Of a DNA stretch of 64,000 nt, positions 1 to 19,843 are shown one piece after another. Within the stretch, counting starts at the first letter, position 1. Every line of letters begins with the position of its first letter. Under the pieces are notes generated by a model. It saw only the letters and a program-made list of their open reading frames with translations. It ran no database searches and had not been told where the DNA came from. Both the position numbers and the translations under genes were made by a program. Source of the DNA: Eledone cirrhosa (lineage: Eukaryota); assembly GCA_964016885.1 (NCBI GenBank), contig OZ024742.1, forward strand, positions 235,352,001 to 235,416,000. The letters are read 5' to 3'.

Positions 1-1810
<1,810 letters not shown>

Positions 1811-1871
1811 TAAACGTAAGTATGTATGTATACGTACATACACATATGTATACAGACGTACAGTAGCACGC

Positions 1872-1908
<37 letters not shown>

Positions 1909-2107
1909 CATACATATATACACATATGCATACAGGTACACATACATATATGCACGCATCAGTTTAGCCGACGTTTATTATAACGCCGGCTGCTTTGTTC
2001 GTTTGTTTGTCAACAAAGCGAACAGCCTGAATTTATGCCATACGGTGTTAAGGCAACCACGTCACCTTTTTTTTTTTTTTTTTTTTTTTCTGTTCAACAC
2101 TTACAGG

Positions 2108-2152
2108 AACGATGTACTAGTTTCAAGCTTGTTAGCTATCATCAGCACCGTT
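2108..2152 (-). ncRNA. Minimal type I hammerhead ribozyme motif (tandem unit 1)
   Basis: Minus strand reads AACGGUG-CUGAUGA-U-AGCU-AACA-AGCU-U-GAAA-CUAG-UA-CAUCGUU: 7-bp stem I, intact core, 4-bp stem II, palindromic stem III (ACUAGU), GUA cleavage triplet. Confidence 0.85.
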
Positions 2153-2389
2153 TACCCATCTGCCAGATAGTTGAACGTTCGAAAGTATATACTTCCCTTA
2201 TGAAAATTAACGGCTGAGCAGCCTAATTTGCATATTGAGTGAGTTAAATCGGTCAGGCATACCGAAAACGATAAGTTTTAAAAAATGAAAACGAAATTTC
2301 ATTTCTCACTTTTAGTATGGCACTTACTTAAACGTAAGTATGTATGTATACGTACATACACATATGTATACAGACGTACAGTAGCACGC

Positions 2390-2422
<33 letters not shown>

Positions 2423-2603
2423 CATACATATATACACATATGCATACAGGTACACATACATATATGCACGCATCAGTTTAGCCGACGTTTATTATAACGC
2501 CGGCCGCTTTGTTCGTTTGTTTGTCAACAAAGCGAACAGCCTGAATTTATGCCATACGGTGTTAAGGCAACCACGTCACCTTTTTGTTCAACACTGACAC
2601 AGG

Positions 2604-2648
2604 AACGATGTACTAGTTTCAAGCTTGTTAGCTATCATCAGCACCGTT
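2604..2648 (-). ncRNA. Minimal type I hammerhead ribozyme motif (tandem unit 2)
   Basis: Identical to the motif at 2108-2152, offset by 496 nt. Confidence 0.85.
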
Positions 2649-3054
2649 TACCCATCTGCCAGATAGTTGAACGTTCGAAAGTATATACTTTCCTTATGAA
2701 AATTAACGGCTGAGCAGCCTAATTTGCATATTGAGTGAGTTAAATCGGTCAGGCATACCGAAAACGATAAGTTTTAAAAAATGAAAACGAAATTTCATTT
2801 CTCACTTTTAGTATGGCACTTACTTAAACGTAAGTATGTATGTATACGTACATACACATATGTATACAGACGTACAGTAGCACGCATATATATAATATAT
2901 ATATATATATATATACATACATATATACACATATGCATACAGGTACACATACATATATGCACGCATCAGTTTAGCCGACGTTTGTTATAACGCCGGCCGC
3001 TTTGTTCGTTTGTTTGTCAACAAAGCGAACAGCCTGAATTTATGCCATACGGTG

Positions 3055-7192
<4,138 letters not shown>

Positions 7193-7346
7193 ATATTGTT
7201 ATACTTTGGGAGGGTCATGTTGCCAATAAGAAACACACGCACCAGTTGCTTTCACTTCAATTTAATATATATTTATAAATTTACAAATTTGTAAATTTCT
7301 GGTTGGTTGGTTGGTTCCACAACCAGATAGTTGTTTATATATATAT

Positions 7347-7391
7347 AGTCATAGTTCTTTCGTCACACACTCTGTGACCTCTTCAGTGACT
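7347..7391 (-). ncRNA. Minimal type I hammerhead motif (left arm)
   Basis: Reverse complement of 7440-7484. Confidence 0.7.
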
Positions 7392-7439
7392 GGGGATTTC
7401 TTAGAAAGGAAAGGCACAGAAACGAAGAAAGAAATCCCC

Positions 7440-7484
7440 AGTCACTGAAGAGGTCACAGAGTGTGTGACGAAAGAACTATGACT
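7440..7484 (+). ncRNA. Minimal type I hammerhead motif (right arm)
   Basis: AGUCA-CUGAAGA-G-GUCACA-GAGUG-UGUGAC-GAAA-GAAC-UA-UGACU: 5-bp stem I, 6-bp stem II, one extra G after A9, CUA triplet. Confidence 0.7.
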
Positions 7485-7920
7485 ATATATATATAAACAA
7501 CTATCTGGTTGTGGAACCAACCAACCAACCAGAAATTTACAAATTTGTAAATTTATAAATATATATTAAATTGAAGTGAAAGCAACTGGTGCGTGTGTTT
7601 CTTATTGGCAACATGACCCTCCCAAAGTATAACAATATCGGTTTCAACACACGATTTCAGATAAAGAATCTTGCTAAACAAATTCAGAAACGAAATATAT
7701 ATACATACATATATATATATATATACATATATATATGTATACATATATATATGTATACATACATATATATACATATATATATACATACATATATATACAT
7801 ATATATATATACATATATATATATACATATATACATATATATATATATACATATATATATATACATATATACATATATACATATATACATATATACATAT
7901 ATATATATATACATATATAC

Positions 7921-7951
<31 letters not shown>

Positions 7952-8237
7952 CATATATATATATACATATATATACATATATATACATATATATATACAT
8001 ATATATATAATTAAGTTAAAAATGTACATCTACATATGCATACTGAAATACTAGTATGCATTTGAATACACACACGTATACATATGTAGATGTACCAAGT
8101 CTTTCACTGGTTACTTTACTGTGAGTATCCAGCTATTCTGTATGTAAACACACAGACAAACCGGTTTTTATACATATATATATATACATATATATATATA
8201 TACATATATATACATATATATATATAGATATATATAC

Positions 8238-8268
<31 letters not shown>

Positions 8269-8357
8269 CATATATATACATATATATATACATATATATA
8301 TATACATATATATATATATACATATATATACATATATATATACATATATATATATAC

Positions 8358-8404
<47 letters not shown>

Positions 8405-8409
8405 CATAC

Positions 8410-8441
<32 letters not shown>

Positions 8442-8486
8442 CATATATATATATATACATACATATATATATAGATACATATACAT

Positions 8487-8518
<32 letters not shown>

Positions 8519-8526
8519 ATATACAT

Positions 8527-8558
<32 letters not shown>

Positions 8559-8576
8559 ATATACATACATATATAT

Positions 8577-9420
8577 GAGAAACAGCAGGACTCTGGCTTT
8601 ACTGTGGCACCGACTCAGAGCAGGAGAGTTGGGGCGAAAAAGGTATCGGATGCTGAATTTGGCGACGACATAGTTTTGGTGACAAATACAGTGAAGGAGG
8701 CAGAGGATTTGATGCGGGTGGTTGAGACTGTGTCGATGAGTGTGGGGCTGAGAATGAATGAGACTAAAACAAAATATCTGGTCGAGAATGTTGAGAAGCC
8801 AGAGCGGATCACTAATGTAGGCGGGAAGCCGCTGGAATTGGTTGAGGACTTCCTGTATTTGGTAGCAAAGATTGGGAATACGGAGGATGATGTGGTTGAG
8901 AGGAAGAGCAAGGCTTGGGCGGCGTGCCACAGCTTGAGATCGGTGTGGAAGTCGGACCTTCGTAGAGACCTGAAAATCCGCCTCTTCATTGCTGTAGTGG
9001 AGTCTGTGCTGCTGTATGGGTCTGAGACTTGGACACTGACCAAGAAACTCACTCAGATGGTGGATGGGTGCTACACGAGAATGTTGAGGATGGCTCTGAA
9101 CATTAATCAGTATACACTGAGGATGAAAAACTCAGAGCTGTATGGGAGCATCCCAAGAGTCAGCTCAAAAGTGACACAGAGGAGACTGAGGTTGGCTGGA
9201 CATGCTCACCGACATCCAGAGTTGACATTGCACTCAGTGCTCCTTTGGGAGCCCCCACATGGACACACTAGAAGAGGAAGACCAAGGTTAACATATGTTG
9301 ATTCCCTAAGGACAGACACTGGTCTGTTGGAGATGCAGGATATGGCAGCGATAATGAGGGACAGAGACCACTGGAGAGAACTCGTCCATGGATCTCGGGA
9401 ATTTTACCCGCCTTAGATAG
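8577..9420 (+). mobile_element. 5'-truncated RTE-clade LINE (RT C-terminal half, open frame to stop at 9416)
   Basis: EFGDDIVL (YADD-type motif), [42 protein letters not shown]. The stop is followed directly by a TAGA/TA tail. Confidence 0.9.
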
Positions 9421-9473
<53 letters not shown>

Positions 9474-9543
9474 TATATACATATATATACATATATATAC
9501 ATACATATTATATATATATATATATACATACATATATATATAC

Positions 9544-9576
<33 letters not shown>

Positions 9577-9690
9577 CATATATATACATATATATATACA
9601 TATATATACATATATATATACATACATATATATATACATATATATATATATTATATATATACACATACATATATATATATATACACATAC

Positions 9691-9733
<43 letters not shown>

Positions 9734-9734
9734 C

Positions 9735-9777
<43 letters not shown>

Positions 9778-9778
9778 C

Positions 9779-9825
<47 letters not shown>

Positions 9826-9826
9826 C

Positions 9827-9871
<45 letters not shown>

Positions 9872-9872
9872 C

Positions 9873-9919
<47 letters not shown>

Positions 9920-9920
9920 C

Positions 9921-9965
<45 letters not shown>

Positions 9966-9966
9966 C

Positions 9967-10015
<49 letters not shown>

Positions 10016-10016
10016 C

Positions 10017-10051
<35 letters not shown>

Positions 10052-10090
10052 CACATACATATATATATACATATATATATATACACATAC

Positions 10091-10139
<49 letters not shown>

Positions 10140-10140
10140 C

Positions 10141-10177
<37 letters not shown>

Positions 10178-10178
10178 C

Positions 10179-10231
<53 letters not shown>

Positions 10232-10232
10232 C

Positions 10233-10277
<45 letters not shown>

Positions 10278-10278
10278 C

Positions 10279-10311
<33 letters not shown>

Positions 10312-10356
10312 CACATACATATATATATACATATATATATACATATATATATATAC

Positions 10357-10443
<87 letters not shown>

Positions 10444-10444
10444 C

Positions 10445-10477
<33 letters not shown>

Positions 10478-10502
10478 CATATATATATACATATATATAT
10501 AC

Positions 10503-10533
<31 letters not shown>

Positions 10534-10534
10534 C

Positions 10535-10567
<33 letters not shown>

Positions 10568-10592
10568 CATATATATATACATATATATATAC

Positions 10593-10623
<31 letters not shown>

Positions 10624-10648
10624 CATATATATATACATATATATATAC

Positions 10649-10679
<31 letters not shown>

Positions 10680-11026
10680 CATATATATATACATATATAT
10701 ATACATATATATATACATATATATATATATACATATATATATACATATATATATACATATATATATACATATGTATATATACATATATATATATACATAT
10801 ATATATACATATGTATATACATATATATATACATATATATATACATATATATATACATATATATATATATACATATATATATACATATATATATATATAT
10901 ACATATATATATACATATATATATATACATATATATATACATATATATATACATATATATATACATATATATATACATATATATATATACATATATATAT
11001 ACATATATATATACATATATATATAC

Positions 11027-11057
<31 letters not shown>

Positions 11058-11146
11058 CATATATATATACATATATATATACATATATATATACATATAT
11101 ATATACATATATATATATATACATATATATACATATATATATATAC

Positions 11147-11177
<31 letters not shown>

Positions 11178-11266
11178 CATATATATATATACATATATAC
11201 ATATATATATATATATACATATATATATACATATATATATACATATACATATATATATACATATAC

Positions 11267-11317
<51 letters not shown>

Positions 11318-11408
11318 ATACATATATATACATATATATATATACATATACATACATATATATATATACATATACATATACATATATATACATATATATA
11401 TACATATA
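9421..11408. repeat. (TA)n/(TACA)n microsatellite with a higher-order ACACATACATATATATAC(AT)n unit at ~9660-10330
   Basis: Direct reading of the sequence. Confidence 0.97.
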
Positions 11409-11555
11409 CATATATATATATATACATATGTAGGAGGTGAGTTTTATTGTAGTACAATAAAGCAATGCAGATATCGGATAAGAAGCACTCTACAGTTTGT
11501 AGGACTGGAGTATACATAATATAAGATCAAAAGATGGTTAAAGGAGTTCCATGTA

Positions 11556-11622
11556 TTTTATTATGCGCATTTCGAAAACAAACATCATCATGCAATAATA
11601 TTTGTGTTTTCATCAGATAAAA
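11556..11622 (-). ncRNA. Type I hammerhead motif in PLE 3' region
   Basis: UUUUAU-CUGAUGA-[~12-bp stem II with G.U pairs, imperfect base]-GAAA-UGCGCA-UA-AUAAAA, with palindromic stem III AUGCGCAU. Confidence 0.72.
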
Positions 11623-12680
11623 CAGGAGAACATGATATGAAGGCTAAAAAACACTTGTGGATAGTGCAGTTTTAAATCAACATATGAAAAGTGGTTTTAG
11701 ATTGATGTGTGATATTGGGAAAAATATTTTATTTAGAGAGGGGGGGGGGGAGATGAAAAAGGGGAGGAGATGAGAGGGAGAGATGGGTGATAGAGAGAAA
11801 GAGATAGTTTTTATAACTAAGAGAAGATATATTGTTTTACATAGAGAGGTTGAAAACCGTTGGAAGATAATGTATAAATTAAAAGAATTTGAAAATTAGC
11901 GAAGGGAAAGATATGTACGAGGAAAAATATTTTATTTAGGGAGGGGGGGGGGAAAGGATGAAAAAAAGGGGGAGGAGATGAGAGTGAAGGTGGAGATGGA
12001 GAGATGGGTGATAGAGAGAAAGAGATAGTTTTTATAACTGAGAAAAGATATATTGTTTTACATAGAGAGGTTGAGAACCGTTGGAAGATAATGTATAAAT
12101 TAAAAGAATTTGAAAATTAGCGAAGGGAAAAATATTTGCGAGGAAAGAGAGGGAGTTTATGTATGAAGATAGAGAGAAAAAAATAATAATTGTGGATGAA
12201 TATTCTAACGTGAAAAAGGTGTATGTTGATAAGTATTGTGGCAATTTCAAAATTAACAAAGAGAAAAAAAAAATTATTAAGGTTTGTGTGTAGAAGGATT
12301 TGAGAAAAATAATGTGAAGTTAAAGTTTGTATATTGAAGGAATTGATAATATGTGCGAAGAACGAGTTAATATGTATTAAGAATGAGTTCGTTGATGGGG
12401 AGAAAAAAATAATAAATTAAGGATGAAATTGAGATTAAAAAGTTTTATGATAGAGAGAAAAAATAATAATAATTGCGGATGAATATTCTAACGTCAAAAA
12501 AACAAATGTATATGTTATGAAGGATTTTACAAGGTGAAGATAGAAAGAGGGTAATGAGTAAACAAGTATTATAGCGTGTATAATGCCCTTTAAAGTAAGG
12601 TAGGATGATGGGTATATTTTAAAGAGGTGTATGTATATGTGCCTTTGAGAAAAGATTCTAAATTGATAAAGAATTGAATA

Positions 12681-13934
12681 TTAACTGTATACTTTGTGAA
12701 AAGTCCTATGGAATTTATGCAGGCAGATAGAAAACAAATCTGTACGTCTATTTATTATAGAATCTAGATTAGAGATAATGGTAAATTTTTCATTTAGGCA
12801 GAGATTACAGATTTTAGATAGAGAGCTGTTCAAGTATGAGGATGCAGAAGAAACCTTCTTCCAAAAGATGGTATATTTAATGTTTTTGTCTTTCAAGGAC
12901 CATATGAGTTCTGAGAGAGCCGTGTTGGTTCTTTTAAGTTTGTATTTGAAAGATGAATGGTGATTATAGAGACGAGCTTTAAAGGAGGTGGAAGTGGAGC
13001 CAAAATAGGTGAAGGAATTGGTGCTAGTTATAACTTTACATTCATAAATTAAGTTTTTATCAAGACAATGGTTGTTGAGAGGACATTTATTTTTAATGCG
13101 GCAGTTGCAATTAGAGAGATTATTAATGAGTGACCTAGTGTTATCTATAGAAGGAATTGGATTGGAGAAGTTGTTTGCGATAGGAATAATAGGAATAATA
13201 GTTTCTTGATTTAGAGTTGGATTATGAACATTTAGCGAAGTTGTGTTTGACGTTGTATTTGGGTTTACAGAAGTTAGCCTAGGGTTTACAATGACGTCGG
13301 GAGTACTATTACTGTTATTATGAAATTCAATGTTGGAAGGAAGAGATTTAGTATTTAGTATTTTATTGTTGTGTTTAGAGATGATGTTGGAAATATTGGA
13401 GGATGTAGAATAAGAAAATTTGATGGTGTGTTTGTTAAATATTTTACTATAGATATGTGAGGGAGGGAAGCATTTATTTAAGGCACTAAAACATAATTTA
13501 GGAATATTGTTATTAATAGAGATGGAGAAAGGAGCATTATACCAGATTATGTTTTTGTATCTAGGTCTTTTATTAAAATTATTGGAATGATCATGATTAA
13601 TTATTCTACTGTAAGTTTTTCTAGAATTTGTTTCTTTACTATATTTGATTTTATCTGGATAGCCGGCTTTAGAAAGTGCGTTATTATAGTAATTGGCGTT
13701 AGCATCAAAGATGTTTTTATTAGAAGATATGTTAGATATTCTTTTTCCAATATTACTAACTATAGCATTCTTGATATTGGTAGGATGGTTAGATTTAAAG
13801 TTAACATAATTTAGGTTCTCATTGTTTTTATGGTAAGGGTAATATAGGCCAGTGTCAAGATTAAGAGATACATCCAAGAAATTAGCTAGTTTGATACTAT
13901 TATCAAATTCAATTTTTAGGTTATGAATTGTCAA
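12681..13934 (-). pseudogene. PLE polyprotein fragment: end of RT plus GIY-YIG endonuclease
   Basis: NFLDVSLNL..YPYHK, SNHP, IIWYNAPFS, KIFNKHTIKFSYS, CNCR..CPL..C, LIY..TYFG (GIY-YIG variant), FKARLYNH, CNLCLNEK, CLH. No YxDD motif, so 5'-truncated. Confidence 0.88.
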
Positions 13935-14097
13935 TACCTAATAAATTCCTTTTTAAAAAAAGCACTTTCATTTTATTTTCATCCTTTCTACATTTTCTCC
14001 GGAATATAATTTATACTCGTTGAGCTAACCTGCACGTACGCTGTTCATCTCTAACGTAACGATATATTATCACTACATTATTGATAACCTGAAATTT

Positions 14098-17238
<3,141 letters not shown>

Positions 17239-17530
17239 GAGTATGAGTATGAGAATATGTGTATACACTTATTTCATATTTATGTGTCTATACGCATCTT
17301 ATCTGTGCATTATAAACTTACAGAGACATTAACCTTGAAATTTTGTATTTGCATCCATCCTTTTGGTATGCGTATACAAGTTGAGCATACATTTTTGTAA
17401 AATATGTGTAAGGGTAGTTACATGTATATACACACACCGAACTGCATTAAACCTTTTGTATTTTCATTGGTCAATTTTGTTCCCAAACGGACCTGAAATT
17501 TTGAATTGTTGTTATTATCAATAAATATAT

Positions 17531-17684
17531 TTCATTATTTCTGAAGACGGCGTATATATGTGTTGGTATGTATATTTAATCTTGATAGTTTGTATAATTT
17601 TGTATAATTTTGTACATAGATCTGTTGAATATGCATGCCAATTCTAACACATATATATCCTAGAAACGATCGTTAAATAATGAA
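17531..17684 (+). ncRNA. Type I hammerhead motif with extended stem II (probable PLE 3' remnant spanning ~17238-17745)
   Basis: UUCAUUAUUU-CUGAAGA-[115-nt hairpin insert]-GAAA-CGAUCG-UU-AAAUAAUGAA: perfect 10-bp stem I, palindromic stem III ACGAUCGU, base of stem II degenerate. Confidence 0.72.
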
Positions 17685-17738
17685 CTTTTTTTGTTTAATA
17701 TAAGGAACTGTTTCATTGTTTTATTCATTATTTGTTTA

Positions 17739-17808
<70 letters not shown>

Positions 17809-18008
17809 NNNNNNNNNNNNNNNNNNNNNNNNNNNNNNNNNNNNNNNNNNNNNNNNNNNNNNNNNNNNNNNNNNNNNNNNNNNNNNNNNNNNNNNNNNNN
17901 NNNNNNNNNNNNNNNNNNNNNNNNNNNNNNNNNNNNNNNNNNNNNNNNNNNNNNNNNNNNNNNNNNNNNNNNNNNNNNNNNNNNNNNNNNNNNNNNNNNN
18001 NNNNNNNN
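17809..18008. other. Assembly gap (200 N)
   Basis: Run of exactly 200 N. True size and adjacency of the two sides are unknown. Confidence 1.
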
Positions 18009-19682
18009 AAAAGGTGTCCTCTACTTTGTGAGTGGCAAATTTTTTTAGTATTGGGTGAACATTCTACCAACGGCGTATGTCGTTGACTTACTTAGTTCGG
18101 ATGAGCTCCTCTTTAAAGTTGCTTCACCCACCATACCAAGTTGAACTTCATTATAAAAGAAGCGATAGCCAGAGTTAATACCCTCTCAATTCTGGTGCCA
18201 GTTGGATTATCCAAGGTCAATCGAAAGATGCTCGATACCCTTACCCTTTGCCCTTAAGCGAAAGAAGCTTAATGCGGAACGCTATTATCAGCGATTCTTT
18301 GACTCAGTTACACATCTTAAATGTAACCGATGTAGGGTTACAGCATCCATAGCTGAACGGAATAAGTTATTACAATATCGTCAGTTGTCAGTGAATTAGA
18401 TTTTTCAACATGTGAGATGTTCAGGAGCTGAATCGAGTCGCTGACAACGTTTTGCCGCCGTTGAAGTATCAAGCTATGCTAGCAAGGGCACTTGGCTGCT
18501 CCAGCACCTCCCCCATCGCTAGCACAAGCGGTAATGGGTTGACCCAAAGATTTTTATAGGGCAACAACTAGCATTCCCTGGTGTAGTGTGTATTTGAGAG
18601 ATGTGCCTCTATTTAAAAAAAAATTATAATTAAATATAATGAAATTTAGTTCATTCTATTTTATTGATTTATTCTATAAAAGTTTCCTTTTTTCTTCATA
18701 AAATCAATTCTGAAACTAGGATGAAATATCGATAATTAATTATAAAACAAAATTGGTAAATAGGTATTTCAGAAAACGTAAAAATAAATTCGACTGAATA
18801 CTTCTTTAAAATGAAGCCGCTAAAATTGTGGAGAAGAAAACCAAATTAGAATAGTCGATATTTTAATACAAGTTCAATATATGACATGTATATACAATAA
18901 AATAGTTACTATATTAGCTTTCTAATACTATGTTAAATATGCAATTTCAAGATTATTTAAAATCGCTAGTTATAATGTATCGATATATTATAAGTAGACA
19001 TATCTGTAATCATCGAATATGAATTGTATGTTTGAAAATATGCACAATTTCTAACAAAAGTAACAAGTTAAGAATGAAAAAAGATTTGTAAAATAATAAA
19101 CTCGTTTGAACATTAATATCAAAAGTATAGAAAATATTTGTATAACAGAATCTCAAATGATTATATTTAGTGTAGTAATTTTTTGTTTAATCTGTTGAGA
19201 CTACAGTATGTCTCGACTACGAAAAAAAATGTTTCTTACCGACTAATTTATGGCATAAAAATATCAAATCGACGACATATGACGTAAATACAAGTATATA
19301 TTTATTTGGTCAAATAAGCAGTTTAAAAAAATACGACAGGAAATTATAAAAAAAAAAAAGGAGGGAATTAAGTATATTCAATCAGTGATACCTTTAGAAA
19401 CAGCAAGATATTTATTAACAGGAAGTTTCCACCTTATTTACTGCAGAAATATTAAATGATATTAATTCTACAGTTTTTAATTGTTAATCGGACAAAAGTC
19501 AATTTAATCCATTTTTTATTTATTTCAAAATATTTATAATTTTGAAAGGTCTCTAAAATAAGAAATGTCTTGGGTTATACGTTAAAAAAAAAACTTTATC
19601 CAATAGTAAAATTGACTTCAATTCATGCTAGAGCTAGCTTCAGCCACCATTTTTACGTACTACCAAATGATGCACATGGAAA

Positions 19683-19843
19683 ATGAAGTTGACAGACTCA
19701 GTCGTCCGTAAATTTCGCGTGGCTAAAGTGTTTAAGGAGAACAGTGATAAAATAAATAGCATTGACTTTTATGCAAACGGGGAGACACTTATATCGAGCA
19801 GTGATGATGAATCCATTGTGATATACGACTGTCAAAACGGAAC
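19683..19843 (+). CDS. WDR82: WDR82 coding exon 1
   Basis: [53 protein letters not shown], donor AC|gtaagt. Confidence 0.96.

Larger units (their letters stand above)
1811..3055 (-). repeat. Tandem array of a ~496-518 bp unit (2 full copies + 1 partial), hammerhead-bearing, retrozyme-like satellite
   Basis: Unit start TAAACGTAAGTATG recurs at 1811, 2329 and 2825. Copies are near-identical except for (TA)n and poly-T lengths. Third copy is truncated at ~3055. Confidence 0.95.
7193..7695. mobile_element. Long inverted repeat (arms 7193-7402 and 7429-7638, 26-nt spacer), probably inverted pseudo-LTRs of a Penelope-like element
   Basis: Arms are reverse complements over 210 bp with a constant coordinate sum of 14831. 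Each arm has a hammerhead motif and the right arm extends ~57 bp further. The PLE assignment is inferred. Confidence 0.75.
11410..13934 (-). mobile_element. 5'-truncated Penelope-like retroelement (Naiad-like): RT thumb/GIY-YIG ORF, long 3' UTR, hammerhead
   Basis: ORF 12681-13934 followed on the same strand by ~1.2 kb of pyrimidine-rich UTR with internal duplications and a hammerhead at 11556-11622. Confidence 0.85.

Noticed and set aside
1811-3055. CRISPR-like array or protein-coding repeat (MKTKFHFSLL ORFs)
   Set aside because: Whole units repeat with no unique spacers, no cas genes and a eukaryotic context. The ORFs run through variable (TA)n.
12681-13934. Selenocysteine-encoding Naiad
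   Set aside because: No in-frame TGA at conserved Cys positions in the retained ORF
17691-18086. ORFs spanning the N run
   Set aside because: Artefacts of the assembly gap
18009-18600. GC-richer block after the gap
   Set aside because: Probably a decayed TE, but no motif could be identified
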